DNA from: an uncultured Gemmatimonadaceae bacterium
Lineage (GTDB): Bacteria > Gemmatimonadota > Gemmatimonadetes > Gemmatimonadales > Gemmatimonadaceae
Assembly: GCA_963740355.1 (NCBI GenBank)
Contig: CAVUDW010000002.1
Location: forward strand, 1,344,001-1,408,000
Reading direction: 5' to 3'
DNA: 64,000 nucleotides
Shown here: in pieces, positions 18,848 through 27,577 of the stretch
Layout of the letters: each line of letters begins with the position of its first letter
Position numbering within the stretch: position 1 is the stretch's first letter
The notes under the pieces: model-generated
Told to the model about the DNA's origin: nothing
What the model saw: only the letters and a program-made list of their open reading frames with translations
The model's database searches: none
Program-made: the position numbers and the translations under genes

Positions 18848-20365
18848 ATGGACCCCAAGGCTGTCGACACCAAAGCCGTCACTCGTCGCGACTTCGTCGC
18901 CGGCGGTGCCACTCTCGCACTCGGTGCGCTCGTCGCACCGCCCATGATCGTGCCCCGGCACGTCCTCGGACGCGGCTTCCAGGCGCCGAGCGACACGCTC
19001 AACATCGCGTACGTCGGTGCTGGCGGCATGGGCATGTCGAACTGGATGCAGCTGCTCACCGAGAACACGGTCGCAGTCTGCGACGTCGACTCCGCCTATC
19101 TCGAGCGGGGCATCACGAACCGCGCGCGTACGCCGGGCGCGTTCACGGCACCGGCCAACCTGAGTGCCGAGGATGCCAAGGCGTGGGTCGCCCGCCGCAC
19201 CGCCCAGGCGCAGCAGAACTACCAGAACGGCCAGAAGCTGCAGGAGCACTACACGAAGGCGGCCAAGTACGCCGACTATCGCGAGATGCTCGACAAGCAG
19301 AAGGACATCGACGCCGTGGTGGTCGCGACGCCGGACCACATGCACGCCATGATCGCGCTCCGTGCGATGCAGATGAAGAAGCACGTGTACGTGCAGAAGC
19401 CGCTCACCTACTCGGTGATGGAAGCCCGGGCGATGAACAAGGCGGCGCGCGACACGAAGGTCGTGACGCAGATGGGCAACCAGGGCCACTCGTCCGATGG
19501 CACGCGCAAGATCAAGGAAGTGATCGCGAGCGGCATCCTCGGGCCCATCAGCGAGGTCCACGTCTGGACGAACCGACCGCACGGCTACTGGCCGCAGGGT
19601 GTCGCACGCCCGAAGCCGGCCGTCGCGCCGACGGTGCCGTCGACGCTGAACTGGGACCTGTTCGTCGGTGCCGCACCCTTCGTGCCCTACGATCCGGCGT
19701 ACCACCCCTTCGCGTGGCGCGGCTGGCTGAACTTCGGCGTCAGCGCGATCGGCGACATGGGCGCGCACCTCATCGACCAGCCGTTCTGGGCGCTGGAACT
19801 GGGCATGCCGACGGCGATCAGCTCATCGTCCACGCCTTTCGGTGGCGACGCGCGGAATCCCGATACGTACCCCGTCGGGCAGACGGTCGAGTACGAGTTC
19901 GCGGCCAAGGGGAGCCGGCCTGCGGTCAAGATGCACTGGTACGACGGCGGCCTGCTGCCGCCGCGCCCGAAGTTCCTTCCCGACGAGATCGCACTCGGCG
20001 GCGACGGCGGCGGCTACTTCGTCGGCACGAAGGGCATCATGGTCTATGACACGTATGGCAACAACCCGCGCGTCTTCCCGACCGCGATGGATCCTGCCTT
20101 CCAGGCCGTCCCGAAGTCGGTCGCGCGCATCACCACGTCACACGAGCAGAACTGGTCCGACGCCTGCAAGGGGAAGGGCACGGCCAGTTCGCCGTTCGAG
20201 TATGCGGCACCGCTCACGGAAGTGATGCTGCTTGGGCTGGTCGCACTGCGCGCCGGCCAGGGCAAGAAGATCTTCTACGATGGCGACGCGATGCGTGTGA
20301 CGAATGCACCAGAAGCAAACGCCTTCCTGACGCGCGAGTACCGCTCAGGCTGGAGTCTCTCATGA
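18848..20365 (+). CDS. Tat-exported Gfo/Idh/MocA oxidoreductase
   Basis: TRRDFV Tat motif; VGAGGMG, ATPDHMH, HVYVQKPLT, QMGNQ, GDMGAH. Confidence 0.9.
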   Translation: MDPKAVDTKAVTRRDFVAGGATLALGALVAPPMIVPRHVLGRGFQAPSDTLNIAYVGAGGMGMSNWMQLLTENTVAVCDVDSAYLERGITNRARTPGAFTAPANLSAEDAKAWVARRTAQAQQNYQNGQKLQEHYTKAAKYADYREMLDKQKDIDAVVVATPDHMHAMIALRAMQMKKHVYVQKPLTYSVMEARAMNKAARDTKVVTQMGNQGHSSDGTRKIKEVIASGILGPISEVHVWTNRPHGYWPQGVARPKPAVAPTVPSTLNWDLFVGAAPFVPYDPAYHPFAWRGWLNFGVSAIGDMGAHLIDQPFWALELGMPTAISSSSTPFGGDARNPDTYPVGQTVEYEFAAKGSRPAVKMHWYDGGLLPPRPKFLPDEIALGGDGGGYFVGTKGIMVYDTYGNNPRVFPTAMDPAFQAVPKSVARITTSHEQNWSDACKGKGTASSPFEYAAPLTEVMLLGLVALRAGQGKKIFYDGDAMRVTNAPEANAFLTREYRSGWSLS

Positions 20366-20405
20366 GGTCTGTGTTGCGGAGAGCACACGTTCGTCACATG
20401 CACGC

Positions 20406-21644
20406 ATGAGCGCACGACTTGGCGTTGGATTCGTCGGCAGCGGTTTCAACACCCGCTTCCATATCCAGGCGTTCCGCGCCATCCGCGATGCGGATGTGCG
20501 CGGCGTCTGGAGTCCGAACAAGGAGCGGGCCGAAAGCGCTGCGGCGCTGGCGCGCGACATCGATGTCGGTGATTGCAAGGCGTACGACTCGATCACCGCG
20601 ATGGTCGCCGATCCGGCGATCGATGCGATCTGGCTCAGTGGGCCGAACCAGGCGCGCATCGAGAACGTCGAGGAGATCGTCAACGCGATCCGGAGCGGGA
20701 AGGGCACGTTGAAGGGCTTGGCGTGCGAGAAGCCGCTGGCGCGAAACGTCGCCGAGGCGAAGAAGGTCTGCGAGCTGGTGGAGAGTGTTGGCCTGAAGAC
20801 CGGCTATCTCGAGAACCAGCTGTTCTCGCCGCATGTCGAGACAGGCCACAAGCTGTTGTGGGCGCGAGGCGCCGCAACCACCGGGCGCCCGTACCTGGCG
20901 CGGGCGGCAGAAGAGCATAGCGGCCCTCACACGCCCTGGTTCTGGACCGGCGCACTGCAAGGTGGCGGCACGCTGACGGACATGATGTGTCACTCCGCGC
21001 TGCTGATTCGGCACCTGCTGACGAAGCCGGGTGAATCGCTGGCGACCGTCCGGCCGAAGAAGGTCACGGCCCACATCGCGAGCCTGAAGTGGTCGCGCCC
21101 GCACTACGCGAAGATCCTGCGCGACGACATGAAGGTGCAGGTGGATTACACCAGGACGCCGTCGGAAGACTTTGCCAGCATGCATGTCGAGTTCGAGACG
21201 GACGATGGCTACACGGTGCTCGGCGAAGCCACGACATCGTGGAGCTATGTCGGACCGGGGTTGCGATTGTCAGCGGAGTTGCTCGGTCCCGAGTATTCGA
21301 TGCAGTGGAATTCGCTCGATCCGGGCCTGAAGCTGTTTTTCTCGCGTGAGGTCAAGGGTGCGACCGGCGAAGACCTGGTGGAGAAGCAGCAGGCGGAGAC
21401 CGGTGTGATGCCGGTGGTGCCTGCTGAGCAGTTCGTGTATGGGTATGAGACGGAGGACCGACATTTCGCCCGCGCGTTCCTCGGGCTCGAGGAACCCCGC
21501 CTCACCTTTGCCGACGGACTCGATGTCGTGAAGTTGTTGATGACGGCCTACCAGAGTGCGGAACAGGGCCGCACGATCGATTATCCCGGCGAGAATCTCG
21601 ACACGTTCACCTCGGCGGTCTCCCGTTACGAATGGAAGCGATGA
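20406..21644 (+). CDS. Gfo/Idh/MocA oxidoreductase (cytoplasmic)
   Basis: GFVGSGF, CEKPL, GGGTLTDMMCH. Confidence 0.88.
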   Translation: MSARLGVGFVGSGFNTRFHIQAFRAIRDADVRGVWSPNKERAESAAALARDIDVGDCKAYDSITAMVADPAIDAIWLSGPNQARIENVEEIVNAIRSGKGTLKGLACEKPLARNVAEAKKVCELVESVGLKTGYLENQLFSPHVETGHKLLWARGAATTGRPYLARAAEEHSGPHTPWFWTGALQGGGTLTDMMCHSALLIRHLLTKPGESLATVRPKKVTAHIASLKWSRPHYAKILRDDMKVQVDYTRTPSEDFASMHVEFETDDGYTVLGEATTSWSYVGPGLRLSAELLGPEYSMQWNSLDPGLKLFFSREVKGATGEDLVEKQQAETGVMPVVPAEQFVYGYETEDRHFARAFLGLEEPRLTFADGLDVVKLLMTAYQSAEQGRTIDYPGENLDTFTSAVSRYEWKR

Positions 21645-22408
21645 TGATCCGCCGGACCGTGAAGTTCACCACGTGCGCGCTGCTGTCTGTCGGCGCGCTC
21701 GCGTGCAGTGGCGAGGGGAAGAAAGCCGGTGCCGGCGACTCGTCGGCCGCGACAGTGGCCGCGGCGGCCACGGCACCGAAGTCGAAGGGCGATGCGCCAT
21801 TGTCCAATGCCGTCGTCTGGACCCCGCTGATCGACGACAAGATGTCGCAGTGGCGCGGATGGAAGACCGATGCGATGCCCGCCGGCTGGACCGTCACCGG
21901 CGACGTCATCACAAAGGATGGACTGGTCGGTGATCTCGAGTCGCGTGCGCAGTTTGCGAACTTCGAGCTCGAGTTCGACTGGAAGGTGGGGACGATGGCG
22001 AACGCCGGCGTCTTCTATCGCGTGACCGAAGAGTACGACAAGCCATACTGGAGCGCCCCGGAGTACCAGCTTCGCGATGAGGCGATGGATCCGGAGAACA
22101 AGAATCCCCTGCTCGCATCGGCGGCCGCGTATGGCGTCTGGCCAACGACGCGTAACGTGACGAAGCCACTTGGCGAATGGAACAGCGCCCGCATCGTGGT
22201 CTCGGGCAACTTCGTCGAGCATTGGCTCAACGGGGAGCAGGTGGTGCAGTACCAGCTGTCGGGTCCCGAATGGACCGCGAAGGTGAAGTCGACCAAGTTC
22301 GCTGAATTCCCCAACTACGGCCTGGCGAAGCGTGGCTTCCTTGGCATCCAGGGTGATCATCAGGGGATGCTCAGCATCCGCGGGATGCGCATCCGGGAAC
22401 TGCCATGA
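21641..22408 (+). CDS. DUF1080 (3-keto-disaccharide hydrolase/hydratase-like) lipoprotein
   Basis: Lipobox ALAC; FELEFDWK, NAGVFYR, PEYQL, EHWLNG, IQGDH. Confidence 0.88.
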   Translation: MMIRRTVKFTTCALLSVGALACSGEGKKAGAGDSSAATVAAAATAPKSKGDAPLSNAVVWTPLIDDKMSQWRGWKTDAMPAGWTVTGDVITKDGLVGDLESRAQFANFELEFDWKVGTMANAGVFYRVTEEYDKPYWSAPEYQLRDEAMDPENKNPLLASAAAYGVWPTTRNVTKPLGEWNSARIVVSGNFVEHWLNGEQVVQYQLSGPEWTAKVKSTKFAEFPNYGLAKRGFLGIQGDHQGMLSIRGMRIRELP

Positions 22409-22445
22409 CCACGCGCGTGGAGTCCACAAACAACAGGAGGCGGTG

Positions 22446-23180
22446 ATGCGCACAACAGGACGAACGATCGCCACGGTGTTGCTCGGTGGCGCGGCCATGA
22501 CAGCCTGCGCGAAACAGGAGGCGAAGCCCGTGGCCGACAGCGCCGCCCCCGCGACTGCAGCGCCCGCGGTGGCGACTGCAGATACCACGACGAAGGCGCT
22601 CCTCGACTCGGCGCTGTCGCAGTGGCGCGCCTACAAGACGCCGTCAGGCCAGCAAGGCTGGAGCTACAAGGATGGCGTGCTGTCGAAGACCGGGAACGCA
22701 AGCGACCTGCAATCGATGGCGCAGTATGCCAACTTCGAGCTCGACTGGGATTGGAAGCTCGCCAAGGGCGGCAACGCCGGCGTGTTCTACCGTGTGACGG
22801 AGGAGTACGACAAGCCGTACTGGAGCGGCCCGGAATACCAGCTGCTCGATGACGCGCGCCATCCCGATGCGAAGGACTCCACGCGCCGTGCCGCGTCGGC
22901 CTACGCCATCTACGCGCCGACGCCGGGTGTGGTGAAGCCGGCCGAAGAGTGGAATTCGTCGCGCATCATCGTCAACGGCAACAATGTCGAGCACTGGCTC
23001 AACGGGCAGAAAGTCGTGTCGTATGAACTGAAGGGCGCCGACTGGACCGCGAAGGTGAAGGCCAGCAAGTTCTCCGAGTACCCGAATTATGGCCTCGCCA
23101 GCCGCGGGTACATCTCCATCCAGGGCGATCACGAAGGCCAGCTCAGCATCCGCGGGATGCGCATCCGGGAACTGCCATGA
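22446..23180 (+). CDS. DUF1080 lipoprotein, paralog 2
   Basis: SD aggagg; lipobox MTAC; same motifs as paralog 1. Confidence 0.88.
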   Translation: MRTTGRTIATVLLGGAAMTACAKQEAKPVADSAAPATAAPAVATADTTTKALLDSALSQWRAYKTPSGQQGWSYKDGVLSKTGNASDLQSMAQYANFELDWDWKLAKGGNAGVFYRVTEEYDKPYWSGPEYQLLDDARHPDAKDSTRRAASAYAIYAPTPGVVKPAEEWNSSRIIVNGNNVEHWLNGQKVVSYELKGADWTAKVKASKFSEYPNYGLASRGYISIQGDHEGQLSIRGMRIRELP

Positions 23181-24463
23181 CCACTGCAGCATCGGGCAGC
23201 AGCTCGATTCGCGTCCGCCTCTCGGCGATGATGTTCATCCAGTACTTCATCTATGGCTCGTGGCTGGTGACGCTGGGCACGTTCCTCGGGAATGCGCTGA
23301 AGGCCAGCGGTGGTGACATCGGTACGGCCTATTCACTGCCGGCCATCGCCGCGATCCTGTCGCCGTTCCTCGTCGGCATGATCGCCGACCGGTTCTTCTC
23401 GACGGAAAAGGTCCTGGCCTTCCTGCACGTGGCTGGTGCCGCGGTGCTGTACTTCGCAGCCACGCAGTCCACGTTCGCTGGCTTCTGGCCGCTGTTCCTG
23501 ATCTACGTGCTCTGCTACATGCCGACGCTGGCGCTGACCAATGCGCTGGCCTTCGACCACATGGCAGATCCCGCCACGGAATTCCCGCGCATTCGGGTGC
23601 TTGGCACGATCGGGTTCATCGCCGCTGGCTGGGCGATTGGATTCCTGCCCGACCAGTCGGTGGTGGGCGAGGCCGCGATGGTGAGTGCCGAGAAGACGGC
23701 GTTGCCGCTGCTGCTGGGCGCAGGTGCCTCGCTGCTGATGGGGCTCTTCTGCCTCACGCTGCCGCACACACCGCCGCATAACGCCGGCAAGAAGTTGTCG
23801 GTTCGCGACGTCCTTGGCCTCGATGCATTGGCCCTGATGAAGGATCGCTCCTTCGCCGTGTTCGTGCTCGGCTCGTTCCTGCTCTGCATCCCGTTGCAGT
23901 TCTACTACGCCTTCGCGAACCCGTTCCTGAATGAGATCGGCGTGCAGAACGCCGCCGCCAAGATGACCATCGGCCAGATGTCGGAGATCGGCTTCATGCT
24001 GCTGATGCCCTTCTTCTTCGCACGTCTCGGCATCAAGAAGCTGTTGCTGATCGGCATGGCCACCTGGACGATCCGCTATCTCCTGTTCGCGTACGGCAAT
24101 GCCGGCAGCGGGATGTGGATGCTGTACCTCGCCCTGCTGGTGCACGGTGTCTGCTACGACTTCTTCTTCGTGACTGGCCAGATCTACGTCGACCAGCAGG
24201 CCGACATCAGCATTCGTGCTGCGGCCCAGGGATTCATTGCGCTCGTGACGCTCGGCGCTGGGCAGCTGATTGGGTCGAAGCTGTCGGGCATGGTCGTTGA
24301 TGCGAACGTGATTGCGTCCACCACTGCCGGCGGCGTCGTGACACACGACTGGACGAAGATCTGGTTCGTGCCGGCGATCGGTGCGCTCGGTGTGTTCCTC
24401 ATCTTCGCCGCACTGTTCAAGGCGAAGGACGCTCCCGTCGGCGCCGTGCCTGCACACGCCTGA
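23177..24463 (+). CDS. MFS nucleoside:H+ symporter family (NupG-like)
   Basis: RLSAMMFIQYF, IADRFFS, FPRIRVLGTIGF, HGVCYDFFFVTGQIYVD. Confidence 0.9.
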   Translation: MTTAASGSSSIRVRLSAMMFIQYFIYGSWLVTLGTFLGNALKASGGDIGTAYSLPAIAAILSPFLVGMIADRFFSTEKVLAFLHVAGAAVLYFAATQSTFAGFWPLFLIYVLCYMPTLALTNALAFDHMADPATEFPRIRVLGTIGFIAAGWAIGFLPDQSVVGEAAMVSAEKTALPLLLGAGASLLMGLFCLTLPHTPPHNAGKKLSVRDVLGLDALALMKDRSFAVFVLGSFLLCIPLQFYYAFANPFLNEIGVQNAAAKMTIGQMSEIGFMLLMPFFFARLGIKKLLLIGMATWTIRYLLFAYGNAGSGMWMLYLALLVHGVCYDFFFVTGQIYVDQQADISIRAAAQGFIALVTLGAGQLIGSKLSGMVVDANVIASTTAGGVVTHDWTKIWFVPAIGALGVFLIFAALFKAKDAPVGAVPAHA

Positions 24464-24483
24464 TTGGCCCGATGTGCAATGCG

Positions 24484-24515
24484 AGGCGGCTCCGGAATTC
24501 GTTCCGGGGCCGCCT
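24484..24515. terminator. Hairpin terminator between convergent genes
   Basis: 14-bp stem aggcggctccggaa/ttccggggccgcct with a TTCG loop. Confidence 0.7.
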
Positions 24516-24530
24516 TCGTGTTTCCGGCCC

Positions 24531-25289
24531 TCAGGTGCCGATGGCGTTCATTCGCTGAAGGAACTGGTCGCGATATGAGCGGCTGAGCGGCACTGTGGCA
24601 CCAGTCGTGAGCCGGATTTCGGCGTCACCACTGGGCAGCATCTTCCACTCGCGAACACGATCGAGCGTCACGATTGCAGAACGGTGCGTCCGGGCATACG
24701 CGCGTGCGGGCAGCCGTTGCTCGAGCGCGGTGAGCGTCTCGCGTACGAGGTGCTGACCGTCGGCGGTGTGAAGCGCGACGTAGTTGTCGGCCGCCTCGAA
24801 CCAGTCCACGGCGGCAAGGGACACGACCTTCACGCGCGTGCCGATGCGCACCGCAAATCGCTGCGGGGGGGCGGTGTCGGCGGCCAGCAGTGTGTTGACC
24901 AGTGTAGCGTGAGATGTCTGGTCCGGGCGACGCCGAACTCGCTCGATCGCGCTCAGCAATCGCGCATCGTCGAATGGCTTGAGGAGATAGTCCACCGCAT
25001 GTTCGGCGAACGCCTGCACCGCGTAGGCGTCGAACGCAGTCACGAAGATCACTGCTGGCGGCCGATCATCGCCGAGTGCACGCAGCACGCCGAAGCCATC
25101 CAGTTCCGGCATCTGCACGTCGAGCAGGACGAGGTCGGGCCGCGTGTCGAGCAACATGGCCACCGCGTCCACACCGTTGCCGCACTCGCCGACGATGCGG
25201 ACGTCGGCGACGCCCTTCAGTGCGGCACGGATACCGCGGCGCACCAGCGGTTCGTCATCGACGATCACCAGACGGAGTTCAGCTGTCAC
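24531..25289 (-). CDS. LytTR-family response regulator
   Basis: IVDDEP, LLDVQMP, DYLLKP, RTHRSAIV, LSRSY. Confidence 0.93.
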   Translation of the reverse strand: MTAELRLVIVDDEPLVRRGIRAALKGVADVRIVGECGNGVDAVAMLLDTRPDLVLLDVQMPELDGFGVLRALGDDRPPAVIFVTAFDAYAVQAFAEHAVDYLLKPFDDARLLSAIERVRRRPDQTSHATLVNTLLAADTAPPQRFAVRIGTRVKVVSLAAVDWFEAADNYVALHTADGQHLVRETLTALEQRLPARAYARTHRSAIVTLDRVREWKMLPSGDAEIRLTTGATVPLSRSYRDQFLQRMNAIGT

Positions 25290-26389
25290 GTTGTGCCCCC
25301 TTGCATTGGCAAGGTCACGCGCGCCAGCACGCCGCCATCCACCGTCGAGAGGTCGCAGCGCGCCGCGTCACCGTGCAGACGGGCGAGCCTTGCGCGCGTC
25401 GACGAGATGCCGACACCCAGCATGGGCGACACCGCCAGTGGTGCCCCGGTGTTCCAGACATCGAGCAGCAAGCGACCGTTTTCCCGCCGGGCCGAGATGC
25501 GGATTTCCGCCGGAGATGCCGTACGACCGACCCCGTGATGAATGGCGTTCTCCACGAGCGGTTGCAACACGAAGTTCGGCACCGGCACCGACTGCAACTC
25601 CGGAGAGATGTCGATGTGCACCGTCAGCCGATCCTCGAATCGGACCTGCTCGATGTCGAGATATCGCTGCGCAAACTCCAACTCGCGCGCCAGCGGTACC
25701 TCCGGTTCACCATCGGCGAGCAGGGTGCTGCGCAGCAGGTCGCCGAGGAGCACGATCATCTGCTGGGCGCGTGCGGGCTGCTCGACGACCAGCACACGAA
25801 TGGCGTGCAGGGTGTTGAAGAGAAAGTGCGGCTGCAGCTGCATCCGTAGTGTGCGCAATTCGGCCTGCACCAGCTGCGCTGCGAGTCTCTCCTCGCGCCG
25901 GGTGCGCTCGGCGGCGCGCTGCCGTTCGAGCAGCATCATCGACGCCGATGCAATGGCGAAGTAGATCAGGACATCGATTGCGGCGCGCGATACAAGGTAG
26001 GAACTGATCCACGCTTGCAGTGGCCGGACGTCGTCGCCTGCCTCGAACACGCGGCGGCCCAGCGCCGAGAGCACCACTGCGCGCAGGATGCTGTTACCGA
26101 TCGCAATGGGAAGGTGCCGCGACAGGAAGCGCTTCCACTCCGACCAGGCCGGTGACGTGGCCTGGATGTGCTGCCAGATCAGGACGCCGACAACGCCCCA
26201 CATCCACCACTGCGCCAAGCCAAACAGCAGGATGCGCCACGCCGCCGTGCGTTCACCACGCAGGTTGAGCATCGCCAGCGACTGCAGCGATGCCCCGAGA
26301 CTGATGGTGGTCGAGATGATCGCGGCTGCCCACAACTGACGCCTGAGCAGGACGCGCGGCGTCAGCAGGGCGGTGGAGTCGGTGGGCAT
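25286..26389 (-). CDS. LytS-type sensor histidine kinase
   Basis: TM N-terminus; QLQPHFLFNTL, LQPLVENAIHHG. Confidence 0.93.
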   Translation of the reverse strand: MPTDSTALLTPRVLLRRQLWAAAIISTTISLGASLQSLAMLNLRGERTAAWRILLFGLAQWWMWGVVGVLIWQHIQATSPAWSEWKRFLSRHLPIAIGNSILRAVVLSALGRRVFEAGDDVRPLQAWISSYLVSRAAIDVLIYFAIASASMMLLERQRAAERTRREERLAAQLVQAELRTLRMQLQPHFLFNTLHAIRVLVVEQPARAQQMIVLLGDLLRSTLLADGEPEVPLARELEFAQRYLDIEQVRFEDRLTVHIDISPELQSVPVPNFVLQPLVENAIHHGVGRTASPAEIRISARRENGRLLLDVWNTGAPLAVSPMLGVGISSTRARLARLHGDAARCDLSTVDGGVLARVTLPMQGGTT

Positions 26390-26413
26390 GGCCGCAATCT
26401 GGGTGGTGGCCGG

Positions 26414-27148
26414 CTACTTCACGAGCGCCATGCGCATCGTGGCGCCGGTCGGAAGAACGAGGTCGCTCTTGAGCATCACGCCAGTCGCCTTGGCGAACCA
26501 GTAGCTGCCACGCGCGCCGGCGTACGACACGTCGAGCTTCCAGGCATCGGTGCCGTCGAGCGTCTCCTGCCCGACCACACGCAGGTCGCACCATACGATG
26601 CCTTTCGATTCGTAGATGTACATCGGTAGCCGCGCCGCGTAGCCGAGTGCGAGCGGCAGGGCGCCCATCACCAGCTCCTGGTTGTTGGAGTCGAAGACGG
26701 CCGCGTCGACCGTCTGGTCGATGGGCTCCGGAGCAGCCGTGCCGGCGGTGTGTGACCCCGTCACGTGACGGCCATCGAATCGCAGGGCCATCGTGGCGGT
26801 CGGCTGCTTCGAGTTGTGCCAGATTGGCGCCAGCGTCGATCGATTCGACACGGCGGTGTCGATCACCGTGCGCTGGCCCATCGTGATTTCCTGGGCGCGG
26901 ATCAGGATTGCGGACGTTCCGCTGCCGCGTTCGGAAATGCGTTCAGTGATCGTGCCGACGCGTCGTTCCTGCCCATCGCGCACGAACGAGATCGCGCGGA
27001 CGAACTGGCCGGTGGCGACACGCGCCGAGCGGATGGCGCCAGCATCGGCCGCCACGACCGGCGGCGCGAGTGACGAGTCTCGCGATGCCTGGGCGCACGC
27101 GAGGGATGGGAATGCGATCAGGATGAGGAGTGACGAAATGCGTCGCAT
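26414..27148 (-). CDS. Exported hypothetical protein (DUF3108-like beta-rich)
   Basis: Signal peptide MRRISSLL...ACAQ; co-oriented with the two-component pair. Confidence 0.6.
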   Translation of the reverse strand: MRRISSLLILIAFPSLACAQASRDSSLAPPVVAADAGAIRSARVATGQFVRAISFVRDGQERRVGTITERISERGSGTSAILIRAQEITMGQRTVIDTAVSNRSTLAPIWHNSKQPTATMALRFDGRHVTGSHTAGTAAPEPIDQTVDAAVFDSNNQELVMGALPLALGYAARLPMYIYESKGIVWCDLRVVGQETLDGTDAWKLDVSYAGARGSYWFAKATGVMLKSDLVLPTGATMRMALVK

Positions 27149-27577
27149 GATGCACCTGGTGTTGATGTCGTGTGTGCGTACCGTTGGCGAAGGAGTGATG
27201 GACGCGCTGGCGTCGACCAACTCCACGCGCGACTGCAGCATGACGACGCGGCCACCGTGGCGCAGGGGATGATGGGGTAGGACGTGGTAGCGCGTGGCGA
27301 GCCGTGGCCACCGCTTTCGTTACAGGCAGCGACTCATTACGTGCGACACCGAGTGTACGTGTGCGCGCGCAGGTGTTGTCCGCCGCCCGCAGTTTGGTAA
27401 ACTTGTGATACCTGCATCAGCCCGTGGCGTTGGTGCGAGGCCCACGACTTGGTAACCGATGCGTCGTGACGGAACGGATCACTCGATGGTCCGAGTTCGT
27501 TGCATGTGCTTCCCGTTGTGTAGTGCACGCTCCCGAGCCCTGCGCCGGCACCGCCAGAAAGATCCGAGGTTCATTGC

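Noticed and set aside
27340..27577. Frameshifted N-lobe of the NRPS condensation domain
   Set aside because: No HHxxxDG or other C-domain motif in the upstream frames.
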